A stretch of DNA of 64,000 nucleotides from Candidatus Saccharimonadota bacterium (GTDB lineage Bacteria > Patescibacteriota > Saccharimonadia > UBA4664): assembly GCA_019352195.1 (NCBI GenBank), contig JACAFG010000002.1, positions 19,120-83,119 on the forward strand, read 5' to 3'. Shown here one piece after another: positions 45,573 through 56,100 of the stretch (positions within the stretch are counted from its first letter, which is position 1; every line of letters begins with the position of its first letter). A program made the translations under genes and the position numbers. The notes below the pieces were generated by a model. That model was given only the letters and a program-made list of their open reading frames with translations. It did not search any database and was not told the DNA's origin.

Positions 45573-47684
45573 ATGGAACATGAGATCATTAACCCCTTTG
45601 GGAACAAGATCCGCCAGTTTACGACGGAGTTTTGTGGCCGCGAACTAACTATTGAAACTGGCAAAATGGGCTTTTTGGCCGATGGCGCGGTAACCGTTCG
45701 CTACGGCGACACGGTGGTACTTGGTACGGCCGTGGTGAGCAATCAGCCTCGCGAAGGCATGGATTTCTTTCCACTGCTCGTCGATTATGAAGAGCGATTT
45801 TATGCGGGCGGCAAAATTAGCGGCAGTAGGTTTATTAAGCGTGAAGGCCGAGCGAGCGAGCACGGCACGCTGAGCGCGCGTCTTATTGACCGTCCGGTGC
45901 GTCCGCTGTTTCCTAAAGGCTATCGTCACGACGTGCAAACCGTCGCGATGGTGCTGAGTATTGATAACGAGCTGGCGCCAAACATTGTAGCCATGACGGC
46001 GGTTTCGACGGCCTTGATGCTAAGCGGCGCGCCATTTGACGGCCCGATTGCCGGTGTTCGCATTGGCCTGATTGACGGCGAACTCGTGGCCTTTCCCAGC
46101 GAAGAGCAAATGGCTCAGTCGAAGCTGGATCTGACGGTGGCTGGCACCAAAGACGCCATTATGATGGTGGAAGCTGGCGCGGATGAAGTCGATGAAGCTA
46201 CGATGGTTGAAGCCATCGAACTGGCGCACAAAAGCATCCAGCCGCTCATTGAGCTGCAACTTGAGGCGGTAAAGGCTCTCGGCGTAAAAGAGAAGCCCTA
46301 CGAGTTGTTCTTGGCTGATACCGATTTGATGAGCGCGATTACCGAATTTCTCACCGGCAAACTCGGGCCGGCTATCCGTCACCAAGATCACTACATTCGC
46401 CACGACGCCATAAAGAGCCTGGAACAAGAGGTGGTAGCGCAGTTTAGCGGCGACTACGAGCACGCTGACATTGAAGTGGCATACCGCAAAGTTATTGATT
46501 ATGAAATCCGCCGCGGCATTGTCGAAGACGGCGAACGGCCTGACGGCCGCAAGACCACCGAGGTGCGACCAATTTCGGCCCAGGTCGGTTTACTGCCGCG
46601 TACGCACGGCTCGGCGTTGTTTACCCGCGGGACTACGCAGGTATTGAACGTTACTACGGTGGCTTCTACCAGCTACGCGCAACTCATCGACACCATGGAA
46701 GAAAACACCACCAAGCGCTACATGCATCATTACAATGCACCTGGCTACAGTAGTGGTGAAGTTCGCCCTATGCGTACCCCGGGCCGGCGCGAAATTGGTC
46801 ATGGCGCGTTAGCGGAACGGGCTTTGCTGCCGGTAATTCCGAGCGTCGAAGATTTTCCGTACACCATTCGTACGGTCAGTGAAGTCTTAAGCCAAAACGG
46901 CTCGAGCTCCATGGCGTCGGTGTGCGGCTCTACTTTGAGCCTGATGGACGCGGGTGTCCCAATTGTAAAACCAGTCAGCGGTATTGCGATGGGCCTTATT
47001 ACCAATGTTGATAAGCCGCCGGTGATTCTCACCGACATTCAGGGTGCGGAAGATTTTGCGGGTGATATGGACTTTAAAGTAGCAGGTACTACCGACGGCA
47101 TTACCGCTCTTCAAATGGATATCAAGGTAAAAGGTATTACGCCCGGCATCATGAAGGACGCTTTGGCGCAGGCGAAAGTCGGTCGCGCGCATATTTTGAG
47201 CGAGATGATGAAAGTCTTGGATTCGCCTCGCGAAGAGATGAGTCCGTTTGCCCCGCGGATTTACAAAGTGATGATTAAGCCCGAGAAGATCGCCTTAGTA
47301 ATTGGTAAGGGTGGCGAGACTATCAACAAGATTATCGCTGAAACCGGAGTCGAGATTGATATTGAAGATAGCGGTTTGGTAATGATTAGTGCGACGGAGC
47401 CCGAGGGCGCGGAGCGTGCTATGGCGATGGTTCGCGGCCTCACCGAAGATCCTGAAGTAGGTGCGGTGTATAGCGGACGCGTCGTTAAGCTTATGGAGTT
47501 TGGCGCCTTCGTTAACATCATGCCGGGACGAGACGGCCTCGTGCATGTCTCACAAATGGCAGATCACCGCGTGGAAAAGGTGAGTGATATCGTTGAAGTC
47601 GGCGATATTGTGAAGGTGAAATTGACCGAGATTGATTCGGCGGGTAGACTGAATCTTAGTATGAAGGCGGTTGCACAAGACTAG
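45573..47684 (+). CDS. pnp: polyribonucleotide nucleotidyltransferase (PNPase)
   Basis: Two RNase PH domains, KH and S1 domains. 703 aa. Confidence 0.95.
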   Translation: MEHEIINPFGNKIRQFTTEFCGRELTIETGKMGFLADGAVTVRYGDTVVLGTAVVSNQPREGMDFFPLLVDYEERFYAGGKISGSRFIKREGRASEHGTLSARLIDRPVRPLFPKGYRHDVQTVAMVLSIDNELAPNIVAMTAVSTALMLSGAPFDGPIAGVRIGLIDGELVAFPSEEQMAQSKLDLTVAGTKDAIMMVEAGADEVDEATMVEAIELAHKSIQPLIELQLEAVKALGVKEKPYELFLADTDLMSAITEFLTGKLGPAIRHQDHYIRHDAIKSLEQEVVAQFSGDYEHADIEVAYRKVIDYEIRRGIVEDGERPDGRKTTEVRPISAQVGLLPRTHGSALFTRGTTQVLNVTTVASTSYAQLIDTMEENTTKRYMHHYNAPGYSSGEVRPMRTPGRREIGHGALAERALLPVIPSVEDFPYTIRTVSEVLSQNGSSSMASVCGSTLSLMDAGVPIVKPVSGIAMGLITNVDKPPVILTDIQGAEDFAGDMDFKVAGTTDGITALQMDIKVKGITPGIMKDALAQAKVGRAHILSEMMKVLDSPREEMSPFAPRIYKVMIKPEKIALVIGKGGETINKIIAETGVEIDIEDSGLVMISATEPEGAERAMAMVRGLTEDPEVGAVYSGRVVKLMEFGAFVNIMPGRDGLVHVSQMADHRVEKVSDIVEVGDIVKVKLTEIDSAGRLNLSMKAVAQD

Positions 47685-47892
47685 CTTTCGTGGGACTTTC
47701 GTCCCACTCAGCATGCGATTTCTCGTAGAAATGGTGTCCTGGGAACGGCGAAAACGTGCCTGTCTAACTTTGGTAACGAGTGAAGCAGATGACTTTATTT
47801 ATTCGAATAAAGCCCTCTTCCTTGCTCGGGACTTCTCTCGAACAAACTAATTTTAAGGCTCTCAATTTTTGAGCCACCGATAAAGGAAATAT

Positions 47893-50004
47893 ATGGAACC
47901 TAATCCATCAAACAAACCAAACGATCAGCCATCAGATCAACCGCGCCCCGCGACGCAGACTCAAAATAGCAACGCGCCGCAGGGCGAACGTCAGCAGGGA
48001 CAAAACCGCAATAATAACCAGCGCGGCCGCGGCAACGGTGGCGGTAATCGCAACCCGCAAAACAATGGTCCGCGACCAGCCGGTGCCGAGGGCCAAAACC
48101 CTCAGCAGCCGCGTCCGCCGCGTGAAAATGGGGTAAGCAACGCAGTTAGCCGCCAACGCCGCCGTATTGCGCAGCAAGGTCCCCAGCACACCGATTTGCT
48201 GCCGTCGCTTGATTTTATGCCGGTTAACAAGAGCCTGTTTAATGGTGCCGCCGGTACACAACAAGCCAAAAAAGGCGCGCAAAACCGTGGTCCGGCCAAC
48301 CAACTTAGTCGTGAGCCCAAGTTGCGCATAATCCCGTTGGGTGGACTCGGCGAAGTAGGCAAGAACATGATGGCAATAGAGTATGGCGACGACATCATTA
48401 CTGTCGACATGGGCTTTATGTTCCCTAACCCAACTAAGCAGCCGGGCGTCGATTACATGATTCCGGATGTAACTTACCTGATAAAAAACAAGCACAAGAT
48501 CCGTGGTCACATTCTCTCTCACGCTCACGAAGACCACATGGGTGGTATTCCGTTTATTTTGCCACAACTGCCAGCCCCAATTTTTACGGCTCGTTTTTCG
48601 GCCGGCATGGTTGAAAAGAAGCTCGTTGAGTATCACCTGCAAACGCAGCCACAAATTCGGGTGCTCGATCCCGATATTCATGAGCGCGTGCAACTGGGCG
48701 TCTTCAATATTGAGCTGGTGCGTGTGACGCACGCTATTCCTGATGCTTGCGCGGTGGTGATTTCAACTCCGGTTGGTAAGATCATCAACACCGGCGATTG
48801 GCGCTTTGATCCAACCCCCGTCGACAACAAAGTGGCCGATAAGCCGCGTCTCGAAGAACTCGGTCGGGAGGGTGTATTGCTCCTTATGGGCGACTCAACC
48901 TCATGCGAACTCCCGGGTCGCTCGATGTCCGAGATGGCGATTGCCGATAGTTTTGATGACGTCTTTGGACGTGCCGAAGGCCGCATTATTTTGGCCAGTT
49001 TCTCGAGTCAGATTAACCGTATCCAGCTTGTAATCGATTCAACCGCGCGAGCTGGTCGTAAGATCGCTTTTGTGGGCCGCTCGATGCTTGCTAACGTAGA
49101 GCTCGCGGTAAAACTGGGCTACCTCAAGGTACCTGCCGGTATCGTGATGAAGGTACAGGAAATTGTTAACCAGCCCGACAACAAAGTTGTGGTGATGTGT
49201 ACCGGTTCGCAGGGTGAAGAAAACTCGGCCCTCACACGCATGGGTAACGGTGAGCACCAGAACATCAAGATTAAGGCTGGCGACAGCATTATCTTCAGTT
49301 CATCGATTATTCCGGGTAACGACCGCTCTGTCACCAGTTCAATGGATGGCCTTATGCGTGAAGGTGCCCGCGTTTATCACCACATTTTCCGCGACCTCGA
49401 CCACGTAGGTCCCTTGCACGTTGGTGGTCACGGTCACCGCGAAGAGGTGATTGAGATGGTTCAGCTCGTGAAGCCGAAGTTCTTTGTGCCAATTCATGGT
49501 GAGTTCCATATGCTCGTTCGTAACGCTGAAGCGGCTATCGAAGCTGGTATTCCGCAGAGCAACGTGTTTGTGATGGACAACGGTGACGTGCTTGAACTGA
49601 CAGCTGACTCGGCCGCCAAAGCTCCACGTGTTCAGGCTGGGATCGTAATGATTGACGGTGCCGGCATTGGTGACGTCGAAGGCGTAGTATTGCGCGACCG
49701 CGTTGCCTTGGCGAGTGAAGGCGTCTTCATGATTATTGCGACGGTAAGCCGCAAAACCGGTAAACTTATCTCAAGCCCAGATATCATTTCGCGCGGGTTT
49801 ATTTACATGAAAGATAACGAAGATCTTATCAATAAAACGCGGGCCGAAGTACGCCGTGCGTTTGAGAAGAAATCCAATACTGGTCCGATGACCCGTGAAG
49901 ACTGGACGAAGTTCAAGCTTAATTTGCGTGATGATGTGGCCGACTATCTGTACTCGCAAACAAAGCGCAATCCAATGGTGTTGCCGGTAGTAAACGAAGT
50001 TTAA
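47893..50004 (+). CDS. rnj: ribonuclease J with a roughly 140-aa disordered Gln/Asn/Gly/Arg-rich N-terminal extension
   Basis: HAHEDHMGG metallo-beta-lactamase motif, beta-CASP and C-terminal domain. N-terminal MEPNPSNKPNDQPSDQPRPATQTQNSNAPQGERQQGQNRNNNQRGRGNGGGNRNPQNNGPRPAG... Confidence 0.9.
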   Translation: MEPNPSNKPNDQPSDQPRPATQTQNSNAPQGERQQGQNRNNNQRGRGNGGGNRNPQNNGPRPAGAEGQNPQQPRPPRENGVSNAVSRQRRRIAQQGPQHTDLLPSLDFMPVNKSLFNGAAGTQQAKKGAQNRGPANQLSREPKLRIIPLGGLGEVGKNMMAIEYGDDIITVDMGFMFPNPTKQPGVDYMIPDVTYLIKNKHKIRGHILSHAHEDHMGGIPFILPQLPAPIFTARFSAGMVEKKLVEYHLQTQPQIRVLDPDIHERVQLGVFNIELVRVTHAIPDACAVVISTPVGKIINTGDWRFDPTPVDNKVADKPRLEELGREGVLLLMGDSTSCELPGRSMSEMAIADSFDDVFGRAEGRIILASFSSQINRIQLVIDSTARAGRKIAFVGRSMLANVELAVKLGYLKVPAGIVMKVQEIVNQPDNKVVVMCTGSQGEENSALTRMGNGEHQNIKIKAGDSIIFSSSIIPGNDRSVTSSMDGLMREGARVYHHIFRDLDHVGPLHVGGHGHREEVIEMVQLVKPKFFVPIHGEFHMLVRNAEAAIEAGIPQSNVFVMDNGDVLELTADSAAKAPRVQAGIVMIDGAGIGDVEGVVLRDRVALASEGVFMIIATVSRKTGKLISSPDIISRGFIYMKDNEDLINKTRAEVRRAFEKKSNTGPMTREDWTKFKLNLRDDVADYLYSQTKRNPMVLPVVNEV

Positions 50005-50022
50005 GAATCTAGACTACTAAAA

Positions 50023-50057
50023 AACTGCCGCCCCCATGGGGGCGGCAGTTTTTGGTA
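50023..50057 (+). terminator. intrinsic terminator after rnj
   Basis: aaaaactgccgccccc-atg-ggggcggcagttttt. Confidence 0.8.
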
Positions 50058-50259
50058 GAGGAAGTTATCCAGTTTTATAGGTGTCCACGGTCATTTCTGA
50101 TATCTGTATGCCTCAAATTATCGAAGTAGTGCAACCGAAACAAATAATTGACAAATTACTAATTAATCAGTATACTAGTACTACTTTCACGATTGTGAGA
50201 ACCTTGATCTTTGAATCGGCCAAACGGCCGATTAACTATTTTTCGACCTGGAGGCTGAC

Positions 50260-50658
50260 ATGAAAGATATCAATGATGTTGACCACGACGACAGCTACCA
50301 TGCAGAGATCGCGGCTGATACCACGACCGGCCCGAAGCGCAAGTTCCGCTGGCGCCTCTGGCTCGTAGCTGCAATTGTTTTGCTCGTGCTGGTGGCGATG
50401 GCCATCGAGACGGCCAATCCGGCGACGCTAAAGGCTATCAATGGTGACCAGGCGAGCGGGTCGGCCGAGACGAGCATGACTTTTCTGCATGTACTGGGCT
50501 ACGCTTTCATTGCGCTATCGGCGCTTGCCATTGTGGGCGGAGCTTTGATCAGGGTGATTACCGGCATTCGGAGCCAGCGTAGCAAAGTGGTTCGCGCGAC
50601 ATATGGCGTGGCCGTAGTGGTTGTCTTGGCGTCGGGGATTCTACTCGTTTCGTCGTGA
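50260..50658 (+). CDS. hypothetical membrane protein (3 TM)
   Basis: 132 aa with hydrophobic helices. Confidence 0.45.
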   Translation: MKDINDVDHDDSYHAEIAADTTTGPKRKFRWRLWLVAAIVLLVLVAMAIETANPATLKAINGDQASGSAETSMTFLHVLGYAFIALSALAIVGGALIRVITGIRSQRSKVVRATYGVAVVVVLASGILLVSS

Positions 50659-50955
50659 GTTGGCACCAGATAAGAAACCGATTGCCAGCCTGTGGCAGGG
50701 CCGTTATGTAGCCTAGGCCATGATCACGCGAGTGGCCTTGTTAAGTCGACATGACTGGTTTGTGCATAATATGCGCTCCGCGTCAGAATGGGCTTGATTG
50801 ATCGCCGCTGGTGATCAATTTCCCGAGCTAGGGGGTAGTTGTTTTCGGTTCGCTGTTGCGGTCCTGCGGAGATTTTTTCCGCGGGGCCGCTTTTGCTTTT
50901 AAGCCGTATGGCTCACTTAGGGGTGAAATTGCTATCTTATCTGGAGCTTTAGCGT

Positions 50956-50970
50956 TATAATAGGTCCGAT
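50956..50970 (+). promoter_or_regulatory. -10 box TATAAT followed by AGGTCC, 9 nt before the ftsK ATG (near-leaderless); same motif upstream of the rodZ-like gene at 54087..54098
   Basis: gtTATAATAGGTCCgatATG versus ctTACAATAGGTCCATG. Confidence 0.35.
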
Positions 50971-53211
50971 ATGGCGACAAAACGCAAAACCAAACGAACT
51001 ACGAAGTCCCGAACTACTGCCTCGCGTGCGAAGTCGCGTTCACGCAAGAAAATGCCGTTGCTGTCGCCCGAAGCAAAAGGCGAAATTTTTGGCGTAGTGC
51101 TGGCGGTGCTCGCAGTACTCCTGATTTTTGCGGATTTTAATTTTGGTGGCACGCTCGTAATCGGCCTTTTCCACGACCTAAAAGTAGTCTTTGGTAATGC
51201 GGCTTTGGTGCTACCGATTATTTTTGCCGTTTTGGCTTGGCGGCTATTTCAGCCAGCCAAATACCAAGTCCGAGCTTGGCACTATTTGGCACTGGCCGTA
51301 TTCATGGCGGCCTTTTCGGGACTGTGGCAGCTCAGCGTAGATCCGGCTAATGGGATGGTGCTCGCGAAGGCGGGAGAGGGTGGGGGCATGCTGGGCTACA
51401 GTATCGCAAACATGATGCTGCCCGTGATTAATAAAGCTGCCTCAATAATTGTCTTATTAGCCCTAATGCTGATTTCGCTCATTGTGGCCTCGGGCATTAA
51501 GCTGTCCGAGCTTTTTGGCGGTTTGGGATCAATCTTTAAACGTGAACCCAAGGACGAAGTGTTAACGGTAAATGATGCGACAGCGATTGGCGTCGTACCG
51601 GAACTTAAGGTAAATGATAACTCTGGTGCACCTGTGCTGCCCATTCGCGGTACGATTGGTGGTGCGGCGGAGCCTATGCCCAAGCCGGTGATGAAAGAAG
51701 AGGCCAAGGAGGCCCTAACGACTGGCGTGGATGTGGACTGGAAGAAGCCGGAGATGACGCTGCTGAGCCAAGCCTCGAGCAAAGCTGACGCTGGCGATGT
51801 GAAGGCTAACGCTGCGATTATTAAGAGTACATTGGACAGCTTTAATATTGCGGTACAGATGGGCGAAGTTAACGTGGGTCCAACTGTTACTCAATATACC
51901 TTTACCCCGCCGAGCGGCGTAAAGTTGAACAAAATTACTACTCTAGATACCAACTTAGCGTTGAGTTTGGCGGCTCACCCTATTCGCATTGAGGCCCCTA
52001 TTCCGGGAAAATCTGCGGTGGGCGTCGAGATTCCGAACAAGAGTATTGCGACCGTTCGGCTGCGTAGTGTGCTTGAAACGCCCGAATGGAAAAAGGAAGA
52101 TGGCCCGCTGACGTTTGTTTTGGGTCGGGACGTAAGTGGTATTCCCATGTTTACCGATCTAGCTAAAATGCCGCACATGCTCATTGCCGGTGCGACCGGT
52201 TCGGGTAAATCAGCCATGATTAACTCGTTTCTCACGAGCTTGCTGTTTCGCAATTCGCCCAATGATTTGAAACTAATCTTGGTGGATCCGAAGCGCGTCG
52301 AACTTGGTTTGTATAACGGTATTCCGCATTTGCTGGCCGAAGTTATTAATGATCCCGAGAAGGCGATTTCAGCGCTCAAATGGGCAGTGGCGGAAATGGA
52401 GCGCCGGTATAAATTGTTGGCCGATGTTGGTAATCGCAACATTATTGAATACAACAAAGCTCATCCCGATGATCGCTTGCCCTACATTGTGGTGGTAATC
52501 GATGAGATGGCCGACCTTATGATTGTGGCGGCTAAAGACGTGGAAACCTTGATTGTGCGCTTGGCACAAATGGCGCGCGCCATTGGTATTCACTTGGTAC
52601 TCGCAACCCAGCGGCCGAGTGTGGACGTTATTACCGGTGTTATTAAGGCAAACGTACCGGCGCGCTTGGCGTTTAGTGTGGCGTCGCAGATTGACTCACG
52701 GACCATCTTGGATCAAATGGGCGCCGAAAAGCTTTTGGGTAAGGGCGATATGCTCTTTGCTAGCCCCGAAATGATGAAGCCGCGCCGTATTCAGGGCGCG
52801 TTCCTCGAAGAGAGCGAAGTAAAAGCGGTTACCGATTTCTTACGTGAACAAACGCCGACCGACTTTGCTTACAATGATGATGTCCTGGCTCAAAAAGTGA
52901 ATATTGGCGGCAGATCCAGTGGGGGAGGCGGTGGCGGTGACGGCGAAATTGATGATGATTTGTTTGCCGAAGCGGCCGATGCTGTGATTCGTGCCGGCAA
53001 GGCATCAACTTCAATGCTGCAGCGCCGGTTGCGAGTTGGTTACGCGCGGGCCGCGCGTCTGATTGACCTGCTTGAAGAACAAGGCGTTGTGGGTCCAGCA
53101 GACGGTGCCCGGCCGCGCGACGTGCTCGTTAGTAGTATCGACCAGGTGCGCGGTGCTGGCGGCCCCTCAAGCGTCGAAGAGATGCGCCCTGCCGAACCTT
53201 ACGATGACTAG
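50971..53211 (+). CDS. ftsK: DNA translocase FtsK
   Basis: N-terminal TM helices, motor domain with Walker A GATGSGKS, C-terminal gamma (wHTH) domain. 746 aa. Confidence 0.9.
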   Translation: MATKRKTKRTTKSRTTASRAKSRSRKKMPLLSPEAKGEIFGVVLAVLAVLLIFADFNFGGTLVIGLFHDLKVVFGNAALVLPIIFAVLAWRLFQPAKYQVRAWHYLALAVFMAAFSGLWQLSVDPANGMVLAKAGEGGGMLGYSIANMMLPVINKAASIIVLLALMLISLIVASGIKLSELFGGLGSIFKREPKDEVLTVNDATAIGVVPELKVNDNSGAPVLPIRGTIGGAAEPMPKPVMKEEAKEALTTGVDVDWKKPEMTLLSQASSKADAGDVKANAAIIKSTLDSFNIAVQMGEVNVGPTVTQYTFTPPSGVKLNKITTLDTNLALSLAAHPIRIEAPIPGKSAVGVEIPNKSIATVRLRSVLETPEWKKEDGPLTFVLGRDVSGIPMFTDLAKMPHMLIAGATGSGKSAMINSFLTSLLFRNSPNDLKLILVDPKRVELGLYNGIPHLLAEVINDPEKAISALKWAVAEMERRYKLLADVGNRNIIEYNKAHPDDRLPYIVVVIDEMADLMIVAAKDVETLIVRLAQMARAIGIHLVLATQRPSVDVITGVIKANVPARLAFSVASQIDSRTILDQMGAEKLLGKGDMLFASPEMMKPRRIQGAFLEESEVKAVTDFLREQTPTDFAYNDDVLAQKVNIGGRSSGGGGGGDGEIDDDLFAEAADAVIRAGKASTSMLQRRLRVGYARAARLIDLLEEQGVVGPADGARPRDVLVSSIDQVRGAGGPSSVEEMRPAEPYDD

Positions 53212-53269
53212 CCTTAGTTAATTGCGAGAGGACGGGATCCAAGCGGATCCCGGCCTTGTTGATCGCGGG

Positions 53270-54082
53270 CTAAATCTGATGCAAATCGGAAACGTTCATC
53301 CACCTGGGTTTGAGCAACGGATCAGATTTGTACAGCGTTGGATGGGTGGAATGCGCAGCGGGCGTAGGACGCGGATTGTTCACCATCACCAGTCGCCACA
53401 GCAACGGGACAATGTCCCAGACGGCGCTGTTAGTGCGCTGCCAACTCGGCCAGCGTTTGTAGACGGTATCAAGACCGGTAACCATGCCCGCGAGCTCCAT
53501 GGTTTGCAGACTGCCTCGACAGCTGACAAATGAGTATTCGGACCAGAAGGGCTGGGGCCACCGGTAACACCGAATAAGGAGGCTGAGGTGACCGACGCCG
53601 CCAGCAAATAACATACTGCTGCGCTTATTGAGTCGATCGCGCCACCATGGCTTAGGCGGAAAGCCGAGTGCTGGATCTAAGGCCGGAAACGTGGCCGGTT
53701 TGTCGTGCCAAGCCCGGTCGAAACACCCTGGCAACATTTCGGCTAGTTCCCAAACGGTGCCGCCGCGGCTCGAGCAGACATAGAGCGATGGACCCCGCAG
53801 CCTCACGCGCTCGATGAGCCCCCAGCGCGATAGACGTCCGAGAGCGGGCAGCAACGTGACGCGATCAAGACCAAGATCTCGAGCGAAAAACTCGGACTGG
53901 CCTAGCCTCACAATGGCGAGCAGCGCTGGCAAAACGTGATAGCTGCCAACGAGCGCCAAACTGGCTCGTTCGGCCAGGTAATGGGGAGTGTCCAGATCGT
54001 CAGGTATTAAGGGTTGAGGGTGCACTTGTACTCCTATCAGAGGGCAAACGGATAAAACAAGCTGGCACGTATTACAGCACAC
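53270..54082 (-). CDS. hypothetical Trp-rich protein (270 aa)
   Basis: Long ORF divergent from the rodZ-like gene. No motif recognised. Real start uncertain. Confidence 0.35.
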   Translation of the reverse strand: MCCNTCQLVLSVCPLIGVQVHPQPLIPDDLDTPHYLAERASLALVGSYHVLPALLAIVRLGQSEFFARDLGLDRVTLLPALGRLSRWGLIERVRLRGPSLYVCSSRGGTVWELAEMLPGCFDRAWHDKPATFPALDPALGFPPKPWWRDRLNKRSSMLFAGGVGHLSLLIRCYRWPQPFWSEYSFVSCRGSLQTMELAGMVTGLDTVYKRWPSWQRTNSAVWDIVPLLWRLVMVNNPRPTPAAHSTHPTLYKSDPLLKPRWMNVSDLHQI

Positions 54083-54098
54083 CCGCTACAATAGGTCC

Positions 54099-55061
54099 AT
54101 GTCTGATGAAGTTAAATTAGTTGGTAAGGTGGGACCGCAACTTAAAGCGAGGCGGCAGGCGCTGCGGTTGAGCTTGGCTCAAGTGGAACTTGATACCAAG
54201 ATTCGCGGTAAATTTCTCACAGCGCTCGAGAGCGGCAATTACGATAAGCTGCCCCACGACATATACTCGCGCGGATTTGTACAACAGTATGCGGGTTACT
54301 TAGGCCTAAATGGCTCTGAAGTAGCCACTGCCTATGTGGCTGAACGTGGTGGCCTCGAAGCGGGGGATACCAAACGCCCCACCCTGGAGCGTCAACGCAG
54401 ACTCGTCTTTACGGGGCCAATTTTGGCGGCCTTTGCGGCCATTGTGGTGGTTAGTGCGATTGCATCGTATTTGGTGTATCAATTTAGTGCCTTGGCAGCC
54501 CCGCCTCATTTGGTGGTTACGAGCCCGGCTGCCGACACCACGGTTACCGGATCGGTCATTGAGGTGGTAGGGCATACTACGCCTGGCGCCGACATAACCA
54601 TCAATAATTCGCCCATTTTGAGTGATACCGACGGCAGCTTTAGTGAAAAAGTGGCTTTAGGGGACGGGCTCAATACTATTCGGGTGAGTTCGAAGAGCAA
54701 GTTGGGCAAAAGCAGTACGGTAGTACGCAATGTTTTGGCGCATTTGCCTGAGGTTCAGGGAGCGACGGCGAGTGTACCGACGGCGCCGTTTAACGGCGTC
54801 GCGGCATCAATCAGTGTCAGCGCCACAACCTCCGTGGTCGTCGCGGTAGACGGCAAAGAGGCGTTTCGACAGACCGTTTTGCCGGGTTGGAGTCAGCTGT
54901 TCACGGGTGCCCAAAGCGTGGTTATAACTACTGGTAACGCTGGTGCGACCAACGTTGTTATCACCAACAGCGTGGTAGCGAACAAGAAATTTACTCCGCT
55001 TGGTGGGCAAGGAGAGATCCGACGCAATCAAGAGTTCGATAGTACTACGACTTTTCAATAA
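54099..55061 (+). CDS. RodZ-like cytoskeleton protein (XRE-type HTH, TM, C-terminal DUF4115-like domain)
   Basis: LGPQLKARRQALRLSLAQVELDTKIRGKFLTALESGNYDKLPHDIYSRGFVQQYAGYLGL is a RodZ N-terminal signature. TM ILAAFAAIVVVSAIASYLVY. Located next to ftsK. Confidence 0.55.
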   Translation: MSDEVKLVGKVGPQLKARRQALRLSLAQVELDTKIRGKFLTALESGNYDKLPHDIYSRGFVQQYAGYLGLNGSEVATAYVAERGGLEAGDTKRPTLERQRRLVFTGPILAAFAAIVVVSAIASYLVYQFSALAAPPHLVVTSPAADTTVTGSVIEVVGHTTPGADITINNSPILSDTDGSFSEKVALGDGLNTIRVSSKSKLGKSSTVVRNVLAHLPEVQGATASVPTAPFNGVAASISVSATTSVVVAVDGKEAFRQTVLPGWSQLFTGAQSVVITTGNAGATNVVITNSVVANKKFTPLGGQGEIRRNQEFDSTTTFQ

Positions 55062-55090
55062 TTTTGCTATACTAAGCCCGCAATGATCTG

Positions 55091-55495
55091 TTGAGTACCG
55101 AGACCGAGAGGCAAATGATGGTGATTAATTACTCGATTGATCCCAGTGACGCGGAGTATCGACAGCTGCGTTGGGGTATCTATGTGAACCACAAAGGCGG
55201 TCTGTATAACGTTGCCAAGGTAGTACGTGACATGACCAATGGACTCGACCAGGTGAAGGTCTATTACGACGCGGTCGTGCCAGATGTCTCCCAGCCCGGT
55301 CCGCACAGCTATGTACGAGAGTTTCGCGAGTTTTTGTTCGATTGGGTACATCGTGACGGCACTTTATGCGCGCGGATTGTCTCAATTAGCTACAATTGTC
55401 CTCATGATCATGCTGTCGCAGTACACCGATTTGCCTATGTTGGTCCGGTGTTTGTACCCAGCATGAAGCTGGTGGACCCTTGGGGCGGGCCGTAA
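55091..55495 (+). CDS. DUF1653-domain protein
   Basis: GIYVNHKGGLYNV...VKVYYDAV core resembles DUF1653 (YRHYKGGLY...VVY). Confidence 0.45.
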   Translation: MSTETERQMMVINYSIDPSDAEYRQLRWGIYVNHKGGLYNVAKVVRDMTNGLDQVKVYYDAVVPDVSQPGPHSYVREFREFLFDWVHRDGTLCARIVSISYNCPHDHAVAVHRFAYVGPVFVPSMKLVDPWGGP

Positions 55496-55593
55496 ATACG
55501 CCTCGCTCCTACCCCGGTTGGCGGCAGGTCTTCGGACTTGCTGCCAACTTTTGGATTATTAAGTGTTAAACTGAACTCGATAAGGAGGCTTTT

Positions 55594-56091
55594 ATGGCCA
55601 AAGATTTTTCATTCGATATTGTGAGTGATTTTGATCCAGCCGAAATGGCTAACGCGGTCGACCAGGCCCAGCGAGAACTGGGTACACGGTACGATTTTAA
55701 GGGCACGGCCGCTAAGCTTGAGTTTGGTGAGGGTAAGACCAGCGTCGAAATTGAAGGTGCGAGCCGTAACCAGCTGGACGCTATTTTGGACATGCTGCAA
55801 TCGAAGCTCATTAAGCGCGGTGTCTCGCTAAAGGTTCTCGACACGTCGAAAGATCCCGATCAGGGTGGTAAAGAAATGCGTTGGAGTGTTCCCTTTGTTA
55901 AGGGACTTGATCAAGATAAGGCCAAGCAAATTACTAAACTTATTCGCGACGAGTTTCCCAAGGCCAAAAGCCAAATTCAGGGCGACAGTGTGCGCGTAAG
56001 TTCGACCAGTAAAGATGATTTACAGGGCGTGATGAGTTTATTGCGCGCTAAGGATTTCGATTTCCCGGTGGAGTTTGAAAATTACCGCTAA
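55594..56091 (+). CDS. yajQ: YajQ-family (UPF0234) nucleotide/cyclic-di-GMP-binding protein
   Basis: MAKDFSFDIVSDFDPAEMANAVDQAQREL...RYDFKG signature. 165 aa. Confidence 0.7.
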   Translation: MAKDFSFDIVSDFDPAEMANAVDQAQRELGTRYDFKGTAAKLEFGEGKTSVEIEGASRNQLDAILDMLQSKLIKRGVSLKVLDTSKDPDQGGKEMRWSVPFVKGLDQDKAKQITKLIRDEFPKAKSQIQGDSVRVSSTSKDDLQGVMSLLRAKDFDFPVEFENYR

Positions 56092-56100
56092 GGAGGATTC

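Noticed and set aside
47932-48732. 266-aa minus-strand ORF
   Set aside because: It lies entirely within rnj on the opposite strand and is Arg-rich. It is an artefact of the low-complexity N-terminal coding region.
55067-55385. Two minus-strand ORFs (94 and 86 aa)
   Set aside because: They are antisense to the DUF1653-like gene, which has a recognisable motif.
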